DNA from: Alphaproteobacteria bacterium
GTDB taxonomy: Bacteria; Pseudomonadota; Alphaproteobacteria; Rs-D84
Assembly (NCBI GenBank): GCA_016927735.1
Contig: JAFGMC010000010.1
Span: 5,649-69,648, forward strand
Direction: 5' to 3'
DNA length: 64,000 nt
Below the pieces are notes generated by a model, which was not told the DNA's origin, made no database searches, and worked only from the letters and a program-made list of their open reading frames with translations. This document shows positions 49,057-58,631 of this stretch, piece by piece (position 1 is the stretch's first letter; each line of letters opens with the position of its first letter). The translations under genes and the position numbers were made by a program.

Positions 49057-49491
49057 ATGAATTTGAATGAATTTTTATCTTATATGAAATCTAATGGTGC
49101 AGTTATAGCACCTGGGGTTGCTGATAATTTAATAAAATTGGCCAGCAGTGGATTACAGAATATACGTGCCGCAACTTTGCCAACATTTATAATTGATTTT
49201 TATAAAGTATCCGGTGGTTGCATATTGGGCAATGCATATATTTTTGGTCCCAGTGAAATTACTATTACAAAAGGATTCCCAATTCCATCAATTTTGCAGA
49301 TTAATCGTGAAATTGCAAATATAACACAGATGCGTGGTAAAACAATTTTTGGACGTAATGATTTATTCTGGTTTGCTTTTGATGCATTTGGTAATTGTTT
49401 TATGCTGGATAATATATCGCTTAAAACCATGCGTCAGTATGATGATCCTTGGCGTGCGATGACAGACTGTTTAATAGTAGGTAAAATATGA
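49057..49491 (+). CDS. SMI1/KNR4 (SUKH) family protein
   Basis: PG.....I.......LP..IIDFYK.SGG.....YIFG pattern, I..IN, IFGRNDLFWFAFD. Confidence 0.7.
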   Translation: MNLNEFLSYMKSNGAVIAPGVADNLIKLASSGLQNIRAATLPTFIIDFYKVSGGCILGNAYIFGPSEITITKGFPIPSILQINREIANITQMRGKTIFGRNDLFWFAFDAFGNCFMLDNISLKTMRQYDDPWRAMTDCLIVGKI

Positions 49492-49703
49492 AAAAGATTT
49501 CTGTATCTTTATCTGGACATCAAACAAGCATAACATTGGAAGATGAATTCTTTGCGGTTTTACGTAAAATTTCTAAAAAAGACAAAATTTCTATTTCTTC
49601 TATTATAAATTCAATTGATGCATCGTGCACACCAGAATCTAATCTTTCTTCTGAAATCCGGATATATATATTGAACAGATTATTGAAAACATCAAAATTA
49701 TAA
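49488..49703 (+). CDS. Ribbon-helix-helix domain protein (alphaproteobacterial RHH_4 type)
   Basis: K.SVSLSGHQTSITLE.EFF..L, NLSSEIR motifs. Confidence 0.85.
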   Translation: MKKISVSLSGHQTSITLEDEFFAVLRKISKKDKISISSIINSIDASCTPESNLSSEIRIYILNRLLKTSKL

Positions 49704-51624
49704 TCATAAAATTATCACGCCCTATTTTCCGATAAACCGTCATATGATGTCCACCTATTTTACCATCTAAACTGCCAGCAACACCAATAGGTAAATATGA
49801 TTCAACTGTTCCATCAGATGCAATAAATGCGCTGATTCCAGAATAATTAGATCTAACAATTGGCATTCCCGATTCAATCGCATATCTGCGAACCATATCA
49901 AGATGTTGATGAGTTCCAGGGGTATTACCGAACCAATTATCATTTGTTATATTTATTATCAACTGCGGATTATCGCCCTTTGAAATCAAAGAATCAGAAA
50001 ATATAATTTCATAGCAAATTGCAGGTGCAAAGGATAATTCCCTACCTTCTAAATTTGTCTTTATCATTTCTGGACCATTTCCAGATGTCAGTTGTCCAGG
50101 GGTTGGTATTATGTCACCAAGCGGACGGTATTCACCAAATGGAACCAAATGTGATTTGCTGTAAACTTTTTCAATTTTCCCATCTGGACTTGCAATCAAC
50201 AAAGAATTATAAAATTTTCCATATTTATAATAAGTCGCACCAATAATTGTTTTAACACCTAACTTCTTTGCGAAATCTAATTTATTATCAACTATTAAAT
50301 ATGGATATGTTGTTTCTGGAAATACAAACATATCTATATCTTTATCATCTGTATATGCTAATTTTATTAAATTATTAATATTTTCATCTGCATTTGCGAT
50401 TGCCTGGGCACGGGAATAAGTTGCTTTTTCAACAGCAGATTTTCCAGGTTGAACAATTCTTATAATTGGTGCAGATTCAAAATTATTGATTTTAGATTCT
50501 TTTATATTTTTATAACCAAAAAGAATTCCTGTTGTTATTAATAATAAAAATATTACAAATTGTAAAAAATTTGCTTTGGATTTTCTGTTTATTATTAAAT
50601 CAACAAAACTTGAAATTAAACCAATTATTATAAATGTTAAACCTAATGCCCCCCACAAAGACATAGAATTTGAAAGCATTGGAAATGGCATAGTTATATT
50701 TGAAATCGGGTTCCATGGAAAACCAGTAAAAAGCCATTCGCGCAACCATAAAACAACTGTCCAAATTGATGCAAATAAAAACGCTCTATGTGCATGATTG
50801 TGCCGCATACAAAGAATTATAACAAACGGAATTGCAAATATAAAACCACCAAATATTGCAATACCAACCAAGGCTGGAATTGTCCAAATTGCAAATTGTG
50901 CCATTAATTCTGGAACCACATAAATTGAATTGACAACCCACCAAAACATACCAACTGCATATGCTGCACTGAATGGTAAAATACGAAAAAAAGATGTCCA
51001 AAATTTATTAGATTTATTTCTATTTAAATTATGAACCATCAAATAATATGCAACCCCTATTCCAACAATATTTAAAAACCATAAATTAAATGGTGCAAAA
51101 CCAATTGCCGATAAAACGCCACATAAAAAAAGAACTGCTGAACGTATAAATTTATTATTATCAATTTTATTAATCATATTTTTAAACCAACTTTCTTTTT
51201 TATTTTCTGTATATGGATTTTCTATTTTTAATTTATTTAATACTTTTATTTCCATTTTTTCCATTTTTTTTGCATCTGTATCATTCAAGTGATCAAATCC
51301 TTTTAAATGTAAAATACCATGCACAACCATATGTATAGCATGATATTTAAATGATTTATTTTGTTCTTTTGCTTCACGTTTTACAGTTTCAATTGATATA
51401 AAAATATCACCCAATAATTCCGAATCACCGGTTTCAAAAGATAAAACATTAGTAGGTTTATTAATACCACGATATTCGTGATTCAAGTTTTTAATTTTTT
51501 TATCATTTGTTAATATTATAGACACTTCGGAATTATTGTTTCCGCCAATAATATCTGCAATTTTTTGAAAATTAATATTATAAGACTTCCATCTGGAATC
51601 ATCATAGTTTACGAATACTTTCAT
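49639..51624 (-). CDS. ybeY-lnt: Fusion of rRNA maturation RNase YbeY and apolipoprotein N-acyltransferase Lnt
   Basis: N-terminal LN.EYR...KPTNVLSF, LGDI, HGILHLKGFDH; then TGFPWN, VFPET, KSHLVPFGEY, ICYE, TNDNWFG in one open frame. Confidence 0.92.
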   Translation of the reverse strand: MKVFVNYDDSRWKSYNINFQKIADIIGGNNNSEVSIILTNDKKIKNLNHEYRGINKPTNVLSFETGDSELLGDIFISIETVKREAKEQNKSFKYHAIHMVVHGILHLKGFDHLNDTDAKKMEKMEIKVLNKLKIENPYTENKKESWFKNMINKIDNNKFIRSAVLFLCGVLSAIGFAPFNLWFLNIVGIGVAYYLMVHNLNRNKSNKFWTSFFRILPFSAAYAVGMFWWVVNSIYVVPELMAQFAIWTIPALVGIAIFGGFIFAIPFVIILCMRHNHAHRAFLFASIWTVVLWLREWLFTGFPWNPISNITMPFPMLSNSMSLWGALGLTFIIIGLISSFVDLIINRKSKANFLQFVIFLLLITTGILFGYKNIKESKINNFESAPIIRIVQPGKSAVEKATYSRAQAIANADENINNLIKLAYTDDKDIDMFVFPETTYPYLIVDNKLDFAKKLGVKTIIGATYYKYGKFYNSLLIASPDGKIEKVYSKSHLVPFGEYRPLGDIIPTPGQLTSGNGPEMIKTNLEGRELSFAPAICYEIIFSDSLISKGDNPQLIINITNDNWFGNTPGTHQHLDMVRRYAIESGMPIVRSNYSGISAFIASDGTVESYLPIGVAGSLDGKIGGHHMTVYRKIGRDNFMIIILMFSIICSIYISGFQKKD

Positions 51625-51642
51625 AGTATATATCTCTAATTT

Positions 51643-52017
51643 TTATTTTTTACCCAAACCTGTTTTCTTGGCAATTTTTGAACGTACACGTGAATAACTG
51701 GGCGCGACAAATGGATAGCTTTCTGGCAATCCCCATTTTTCACGATATTTTTGTGGTGTCATATTAAATTTACGTTTTATATATCTGCGTAACATTGTAT
51801 GCCATGTACCATCTTCCAAACATTGAATAGAATCTGGGCGAATCGAATCTTTTATTTGTTCCGGTGTTATAGATGCACCACGCAAATTATCTGTTGCCTG
51901 CTTTACCGCATCTGCCATAGAAAGCCCCGGGTTCGCGGACATTGCCGCAGCCGCCAAATTTGCAACCGCCAAAGTAAAATCGTTATTTTTTATTTGTTTA
52001 GTATTCATAGGATTCAT
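51643..52017 (-). CDS. mucR: MucR/Ros-family transcriptional regulator
   Basis: SI.PD.IQCLEDG....MLRRY......TP..YREKWGLP..YP.VAPSYS..RS.IAK..GLG. Confidence 0.92.
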   Translation of the reverse strand: MNPMNTKQIKNNDFTLAVANLAAAAMSANPGLSMADAVKQATDNLRGASITPEQIKDSIRPDSIQCLEDGTWHTMLRRYIKRKFNMTPQKYREKWGLPESYPFVAPSYSRVRSKIAKKTGLGKK

Positions 52018-52065
52018 TTTTCTTTTGTTTTATGTTTTTTTATACTAAAATCATTGTATCACAAA

Positions 52066-52094
52066 TAAAATGAAAGTAAAATGAAAGTAAAATG
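52066..52094 (+). repeat. 11-bp tandem repeat TAAAATGAAAG (about 2.6 copies) in the mucR/rarA divergent region
   Basis: TAAAATGAAAG TAAAATGAAAG TAAAATG. Confidence 0.75.
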
Positions 52095-53378
52095 CGTAAA
52101 ACTATGAATTCTTCTAACCGACCTCTGGCTGATTTGATGCGCCCATTAACAATTGATGATATTTTGGGACAATCCACATTGCTTAGCGAAAATGGATTGA
52201 TTCGCCGTATGGTTGAAAATAAGCATTTATCAAACCTGCTGCTTTGGGGGCCACCGGGGTGTGGTAAAACAACAATTGCACGCGCATTGGCAAATTCGGT
52301 TGATATGGAATTTGTCCCTATGTCTGCTGTATTCAGTGGGATTGCGGATATAAAAAAAGCAATGGAAACCGCAAAAATGAACTGTGAAATTGGTCGACAA
52401 ACTTTACTTTTTATTGATGAAATTCATAGATTTAACAAAACACAACAAGATACCCTGCTGCCCTATCTGGAAGATGGTACGGTTGTATTTATTGGTGCAA
52501 CAACTGAAAATCCAAGTTTTAATCTGAATAATGCGTTGTTATCACGTTGTCATATTGGTGTGTTGCAACCATTATCAACAGAAGATTTATTGGTTTTGCT
52601 GGAACGCGCTGAAAAATTTTTGGGTTCAAAAAAAATACCCCTGACACCAGAATCAAAAATTCATCTTGCACAAATGGCGGATGGGGATGCGCGGTTTTTA
52701 TTAAACACTGTTGAATATTTGGTGTCTGCAAATTTTGATAATGAACTCTCAACAGATGAACTGAATAATGCAATTCAGAAACGTGCACCACTTTCTGATA
52801 AATCTGGTGATGAGCATTATAATCTGATTTCGGCTGTTCATAAATCGTTACGTGCCAGTGATACTGATGCAGCATTATATTGGACTGCACGGATGATGAC
52901 ATCTGGTCAAGACCCAATGTATTTATTCAGACGCTTGACCCGTTTTGCAATGGAAGATATCGGATTGGCAGATCCAAACGCAATGCAAATTGCATTATCG
53001 GCTTGGCAAATTTATGAAAGAATGGGCAGCCCAGAAGGTGATTTGGCGTTAACCCAACTGGTAATTTATTTGGGAACTGCACCAAAAAGTATTGGAAATT
53101 ATAACGCACAAAAATCCGCCTGGACCTCAGCACGCGCCACAGGTAGCCTGATACCACCAAAAAATATTCTGAACGCTCCAACAAAAATGATGAAAAATTT
53201 GGGTTATGGTTCTGGATATTTTTACGAACCAGAAACAAATTCTGGATTTTCTGGTCAAAACTGTTTTCCAGAAAACCTGCCGAGACAGAACTTTTATACC
53301 CCACGCGAAATAGGATTCGAACGCGAAATAAAAAAACGTGTAGATTATTGGAATAAACTGCGTACCGAAAAAAAATAA
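52092..53378 (+). CDS. rarA: Replication-associated recombination protein A
   Basis: PLADLMRP, GPPGCGKTT, DEIHRFNK.QQD, ATTENP, EDIGLAD. Confidence 0.96.
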   Translation: MRKTMNSSNRPLADLMRPLTIDDILGQSTLLSENGLIRRMVENKHLSNLLLWGPPGCGKTTIARALANSVDMEFVPMSAVFSGIADIKKAMETAKMNCEIGRQTLLFIDEIHRFNKTQQDTLLPYLEDGTVVFIGATTENPSFNLNNALLSRCHIGVLQPLSTEDLLVLLERAEKFLGSKKIPLTPESKIHLAQMADGDARFLLNTVEYLVSANFDNELSTDELNNAIQKRAPLSDKSGDEHYNLISAVHKSLRASDTDAALYWTARMMTSGQDPMYLFRRLTRFAMEDIGLADPNAMQIALSAWQIYERMGSPEGDLALTQLVIYLGTAPKSIGNYNAQKSAWTSARATGSLIPPKNILNAPTKMMKNLGYGSGYFYEPETNSGFSGQNCFPENLPRQNFYTPREIGFEREIKKRVDYWNKLRTEKK

Positions 53379-53410
53379 AAAACCAATGCAAACTCGCATT
53401 GGTTTTTTTA
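53376..53410. terminator. Bidirectional intrinsic terminator
   Basis: AAAAACCAATGC-aaactc-GCATTGGTTTTT. Confidence 0.8.
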
Positions 53411-53421
53411 ATCAAAATTAA

Positions 53422-54132
53422 TTAAAACAAAACATTAACTTTTACACCGAATTGATATTCGCTGCTTGAAAATTCATAATCAAGATGACCAACATATTGT
53501 GTACGACCGTATTTACGAACAAGTTTAAAATTCGCCCATTCTTGATCAAAACTTGGGTTTGTCGATTTTTTAATATCAAATCCAATACCTGTCATCCAAT
53601 TTTGACTGACCCTGAGATACATTTCTGGAATAAGATCAATATATGCCATTCCACTGACCTCATCAAAAATCCAACTTGTTTTCAAAGTTCCTGCAAGTGT
53701 GACAGCAGACCATCTGCGCCCAATACGCATACCAGCATAATATATTGTATCAGCAAATTCTGGTGAACGAATTTTTTTATTACCACCAAAATTTACACCA
53801 AACAAAGCGTCTGATATAACATTATCTTCATTTGATAAACGGTAAACCGTACCCAATCCGATATTTGAAAATCCATCTTCTGTACCATTAAGATCTTGTT
53901 GATATTTCATATCAGCAGATAATGATAATTTATCAGTCACACCATAAGAGAAAGTTTGTGACAAGCGCATAATACTGTCGTTAAAATACAATCCAGATTT
54001 GGAAAGAAAATCCCCAGTTTTTTCTATAAACATTGGATCTGCAGTATCATATTCAACATCTGCATGTGCCGTTAAAAATGGCATAAAACACAAAGTCATT
54101 GCAGAAAAAATTAAACTTATTTTATTTTTCAT
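53422..54132 (-). CDS. Putative outer-membrane beta-barrel protein
   Basis: Signal peptide (AHA|D), amphipathic strands, C-terminal VNVLF. Confidence 0.75.
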   Translation of the reverse strand: MKNKISLIFSAMTLCFMPFLTAHADVEYDTADPMFIEKTGDFLSKSGLYFNDSIMRLSQTFSYGVTDKLSLSADMKYQQDLNGTEDGFSNIGLGTVYRLSNEDNVISDALFGVNFGGNKKIRSPEFADTIYYAGMRIGRRWSAVTLAGTLKTSWIFDEVSGMAYIDLIPEMYLRVSQNWMTGIGFDIKKSTNPSFDQEWANFKLVRKYGRTQYVGHLDYEFSSSEYQFGVKVNVLF

Positions 54133-54237
54133 CTTTTAATCTCACCGTAAAAACGGACACTGTACAACCCCCAGGCTTTGATAAAATATTAACATAATAA
54201 TTTTTCAAGGCCCCTTTATAAAAGAAGCCTTAAATCT

Positions 54238-55434
54238 TTAGAAATGCAATATTGCTTGCAAACCAACCGATGTTTCTGAATTGTTATCAATTCTTGCGGT
54301 TCCTATATTTGTAAGTTCTGTTACTCCTGCTGCCGGTTCATACCACCAAAATCCAAGATCTTTACCGTCTGCATTATCATAAATTGCTGTTTTTACATAA
54401 AAATTCAAAGCGAAAGAATCATATGGTTGCCATCCAATTGCTGCCTTTAAAGTTCCTTGATTATGCCAATCATAATTACCCATCACAGCTTCCAAGTTTA
54501 ATGTCCAATCAGCTTCCAATACGCTGAACACACCAACACCACCTTCGAAATATGTTGCTTTGCTGTCGCCAGTTTTATAGGCAATAAACAAAGCTGCATC
54601 ATCACTTGAAATTCCATTACCATATGAATTTCCATCAAAATCTACCAACCAACCACGGGCCAAACCATAGATTGTAGAAGAAGATGTTTTATAACCTGCT
54701 TTTAAATCAACTGCATAAAAGCTGGCCATGTCTTTTTGTTTTTGGTAATAACCAGAAACTGTTGAAATCCATTTTGAATTATCAACTAAACGCCATTGCA
54801 AACCAAGACCATACAAATTCATACTAGAATCCGTCATCTCATCGTCAGCGGCTGTTTCCCAATCCATTGCATATTTAGAAGAATCAAAACGCATCATACC
54901 CAAAACAGCAACGTTATCTGTGATACCGTAACTGACATCTTCTTTAACAGCGAACTGTGTCATTTTCCATTTTGCTTCTAAATCACTTAATGCTGGTCCA
55001 GATGTTTGATTAATTACGAAATCATATGAACTGGTTGTGTACCCCATATCTGTGACAGATCCAAACTTCCCTTTTAATGGTTGAAAGAAAGGATGTGATA
55101 AATAGTATTTACGCTGTGCAGCTGTACGTGATGAATCAGTACGTGATGTTCTGTCAGCCGAAGTTGATGTTCTTCCTTCATATTCTTTGTACAAATTGCT
55201 TCGTTTAGAAGGCTGTATATAATAAATATCATTATTATCTTTTACAGCATAAGTCTTCGAAGTACTGCGTGTTTCATATTTTTCATAATTAACATTGGTA
55301 AGTGTACGAACACCCGGTTCACCAGTTAAATCTGCACTGGATGCACCACTGAATCCTGTATTTGTTGCTGCCCAAACATTGGACATACCAAATACTGCGA
55401 CCGCCCAAATAAATAAAGACATCTGTTTCTTCAT
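54238..55434 (-). CDS. Putative outer-membrane beta-barrel protein
   Basis: Signal peptide, aromatic-rich strands, C-terminal AILHF; GGAG RBS. Confidence 0.78.
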   Translation of the reverse strand: MKKQMSLFIWAVAVFGMSNVWAATNTGFSGASSADLTGEPGVRTLTNVNYEKYETRSTSKTYAVKDNNDIYYIQPSKRSNLYKEYEGRTSTSADRTSRTDSSRTAAQRKYYLSHPFFQPLKGKFGSVTDMGYTTSSYDFVINQTSGPALSDLEAKWKMTQFAVKEDVSYGITDNVAVLGMMRFDSSKYAMDWETAADDEMTDSSMNLYGLGLQWRLVDNSKWISTVSGYYQKQKDMASFYAVDLKAGYKTSSSTIYGLARGWLVDFDGNSYGNGISSDDAALFIAYKTGDSKATYFEGGVGVFSVLEADWTLNLEAVMGNYDWHNQGTLKAAIGWQPYDSFALNFYVKTAIYDNADGKDLGFWWYEPAAGVTELTNIGTARIDNNSETSVGLQAILHF

Positions 55435-55492
55435 TATAAAACTCCTTGTTGATTACATTATACCATAAACCATACCGCCAAAAAAGTGATTA

Positions 55493-55651
55493 TTAGTAAT
55501 GCTTTGGTTCAAGTTTTGATTTTTTTATTTTCGGTTTTTTATTCTTCTTAAATTGTTTTTTAATCTTAGTCCAAAATTTATTATAAGGGACAAGAGCAAA
55601 TAACATATTTACAACCAATTTTTTTAAAATACTAAATATTATTGAAATCAT
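55493..55651 (-). CDS. Small Lys-rich hypothetical protein (52 aa)
   Basis: ATG immediately after the ftsK stop codon; fills the intergenic gap. Confidence 0.45.
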   Translation of the reverse strand: MISIIFSILKKLVVNMLFALVPYNKFWTKIKKQFKKNKKPKIKKSKLEPKHY

Positions 55652-55652
55652 T

Positions 55653-57881
55653 TTATAATATACGTCTTTTATTATTTGCATCTGGTTGACTGACTATACC
55701 TTCGGCTTCCATTCTTTCCATGAATCCAGCCGCCTTGTTATATCCAACCCCCAATCTTCTTTGAATATATGAAATAGTTGGTTTTTTATCCCTGATAACA
55801 TATTCTTTTGCTTGAGTATAAAGATCTGCATCTTTTTCATCTTTGGATATCGGCATTCCAGGAATTGCAGACATACCAGACCCAGCCATACTGGTTGCAT
55901 CATCATTATCCACAACACCTTCTATAAATTCAGGTTCGCCCTGGCCGCGCAAGAAATCTGCGACTTTATTAATTTCGGTATTTTCTATTAACGATCCGTG
56001 AATTCTGACAGGAACACGTCCAGCCTCACTGAATAACATATCACCAAACGCCAATAATTGTTCCGCACCTTTTTCACCGAGTGTTGTTCCACTGTCAATA
56101 GAGCTGCGAGCTTGGAAGGAAATACGTGTAGGGAAGTTTGCCTTGATAACACCAGTTATAACTGTTGTGTCTGGTCGTTGTGTTGCTGCAACCAGGTGAA
56201 TTCCAGCTGCACGCGCCTTTTGTGCCAGACGTTGTACACAGGCCTCAACCTCTTTTCGTGCAACAGACATCAGATCTGCAACCTCATCAATAATAATAAC
56301 CATGTATGGCATATCTGATAAATCAACTTCTTGTTCTTCAAACTCCAACCCACCAGTTTCAGAATCAGTACCAACTGCAACATGCTTTGTTATTGTTTTA
56401 CCAGCTGCGCGTAATTTTGCAACCGTATCGTTATACCCCTCAATATTTTGAGCACCAACATCTTTTAATTTCTTATAACGTTCTTCCATTTCACGAACAG
56501 ACCATTTTAGTGCATTTACAGAATCATTTGGGTCTGTCAAAACAGGTGTTATTAAATGTGGAATACTATCCCACAATGTAAAATCAACCCCTTTGGGATC
56601 CACGATAAGTAATTTACATTTATCAGGTGTAAAATTATATAGAACAGACATTATAATAGATTGAACAAATACAGATTTACCAGAACCAGTACGACCAGCA
56701 ATCAAAAGATGGGGCATTTTCGCCAAATCAAAATACATTGGGTTTCCACCAATATCAACCCCCAATGCCAATGGTATTTTGTATTTTGAATTTATAAATG
56801 TTGGATTAGTTATCAAAGACTGGAAACGAACAGGTTGTCTGTCCATATTAACCATTTCAACACCAATATAGTTGGTACGTGGAATATGCGCTATACGTAT
56901 ATTTTCTGTCGCCATGGCACGCGTCATATCTTTTACAGTTTCAGTCACTTTGGAAATACGTACACCGCTGTCCGGCTCAAATTCATAAAGCGTAACAATT
57001 GGGCCCGGTCTGATACCAACAACATGACCATAAACACCAAATTCTTCAAAATGTGCCTCCAGCGCGATACCATTTCTTTTTAATTCCGGGGTTACAATAT
57101 TTTTTCCAAAATTAGATTTTTCTAAAAATAACGGATCTGGTAATTCATATTCATTTTCGCCAGCGCTTGATTTACTGCGTACAACGCGTTTTTTTGCAAT
57201 TACATTTTTACGTTTTGGTCTTGCAACAACTTCTTCTTCATCTGTATCTTCTTCATATTCTTCGTATTCTTCTATCTCTTCTGATTCTTGTGGTTTTACA
57301 AGATGAAACACAGACAACAACCAAATAACAGATTTATATAAGGCATGCAAAACCGAACGTAAATCATTCAGTTTTATATTTAACATTTTGCCCGCTATTA
57401 ACAAAAACATAATAAAGAAAGCTATACCAAAAACAAACACCCAGCTTCCAAATAAGGAAGATAAATCATGCGACACCACACTTCCAATAAGACCACCAAA
57501 AGAATTTGCAGGTGAAACTGTCCCCAATCCTGCAGCACCTAAACAAATCGCAACAAATCCGCGCAACAGGTTGTATTCTGGGGCACGTTCATCATCCCAA
57601 TTCATAATAAAAGATATACCACTGCGAACTAAACACAGAAATAAAAATAACGCTGGAATAAAACCAATACTGTATCTGATAAAACCAACCACATAATCTA
57701 TTACACCCTGTGTGCCAAAATCACTACTGACTGCAAAACCATCTAAATAAGGATTATGAAATAATAATGCTATGGATAAAAAGATACCAAAAAACAATAT
57801 TATAATTCCGACAACACGCATCCCCAGGCTTTTAAGCGCATTGGAAAATCTTTCTGGTAAAAAATTTGCTTTATTAGACAT
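55653..57881 (-). CDS. ftsK: DNA translocase FtsK
   Basis: 4TM N-terminus, MPHLLIAGRTGSGKS, IDEVADLM, LAQKARAAGIH..ATQRP, gamma domain IQRRLGVGYNKA. Confidence 0.97.
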   Translation of the reverse strand: MSNKANFLPERFSNALKSLGMRVVGIIILFFGIFLSIALLFHNPYLDGFAVSSDFGTQGVIDYVVGFIRYSIGFIPALFLFLCLVRSGISFIMNWDDERAPEYNLLRGFVAICLGAAGLGTVSPANSFGGLIGSVVSHDLSSLFGSWVFVFGIAFFIMFLLIAGKMLNIKLNDLRSVLHALYKSVIWLLSVFHLVKPQESEEIEEYEEYEEDTDEEEVVARPKRKNVIAKKRVVRSKSSAGENEYELPDPLFLEKSNFGKNIVTPELKRNGIALEAHFEEFGVYGHVVGIRPGPIVTLYEFEPDSGVRISKVTETVKDMTRAMATENIRIAHIPRTNYIGVEMVNMDRQPVRFQSLITNPTFINSKYKIPLALGVDIGGNPMYFDLAKMPHLLIAGRTGSGKSVFVQSIIMSVLYNFTPDKCKLLIVDPKGVDFTLWDSIPHLITPVLTDPNDSVNALKWSVREMEERYKKLKDVGAQNIEGYNDTVAKLRAAGKTITKHVAVGTDSETGGLEFEEQEVDLSDMPYMVIIIDEVADLMSVARKEVEACVQRLAQKARAAGIHLVAATQRPDTTVITGVIKANFPTRISFQARSSIDSGTTLGEKGAEQLLAFGDMLFSEAGRVPVRIHGSLIENTEINKVADFLRGQGEPEFIEGVVDNDDATSMAGSGMSAIPGMPISKDEKDADLYTQAKEYVIRDKKPTISYIQRRLGVGYNKAAGFMERMEAEGIVSQPDANNKRRIL

Positions 57882-57936
57882 AAGGGCATTGTATCACAAA
57901 ATTAAGTGTAATAAAAGTATCGTCCAATTATTATTG

Positions 57937-58620
57937 CTATTTCTTATTATAAAAAACACTTTTTATGATATCAGCTGAAATCATACCAATAAATGCGCCC
58001 AGGATTACATCTGATGGGAAATGTGCACCAAATGATATTCGTGACAAACCAATAATTATTGCCAGCGTCCATGTTGCCCATTTGTATTTTGGAAACAATA
58101 ATCCAATCATAACCAGACCGGCAAAGCTGGCAGTGGTGTGACCAGATGGCATAGAATTAAATGCCCATTCATTTGTCATTGGATAAAAACCCGATTGCCC
58201 GAGGGCCTCATAAAATATCGGACGCTGACGACCGAAACCAAACTTTAAAAATCCAGAAATCAAACTTGCAAAAAAGACAGAGCAAAATATTAAAAAACCA
58301 GAATTAGTTTTTGATTTTTCTATAAAATTATTAATTATGTTTTTTAGATTAAGCTTTTTTGTGTGTTTTTTATTTTTACTTTTTGTTTTCAGTGTGTTTT
58401 TAATAAAAAATGCTACCGAAAAACCTGCCGATACAATTAACCAAACTTTTGTGGCAAAAATAGTGTCAAAATTATTCCAAACAGACCAATTAAAATTACG
58501 AAAAAACAAAAATAATGGTTTATCAAACCATAATACACCAACCAGACATAAAATCACAGTGATTGCAAAAGCAATTAATATTAAATTCCATTTAACAATA
58601 TTATTTTTTTCAAGGAACAT
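57937..58620 (-). CDS. PAP2-family phosphatase
   Basis: K...GRQRP, PSGH, SRI..GAHFPSDV. Confidence 0.92.
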   Translation of the reverse strand: MFLEKNNIVKWNLILIAFAITVILCLVGVLWFDKPLFLFFRNFNWSVWNNFDTIFATKVWLIVSAGFSVAFFIKNTLKTKSKNKKHTKKLNLKNIINNFIEKSKTNSGFLIFCSVFFASLISGFLKFGFGRQRPIFYEALGQSGFYPMTNEWAFNSMPSGHTTASFAGLVMIGLLFPKYKWATWTLAIIIGLSRISFGAHFPSDVILGAFIGMISADIIKSVFYNKK

Positions 58621-58631
58621 TTTAACCTGCT

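Noticed and set aside
5594-57900. Recurrent intergenic motif TATCACAAA as a novel transcription-factor site
   Set aside because: It is the reverse complement of an extended -10 element (TG-N-TA(T/C)AAT) for minus-strand genes
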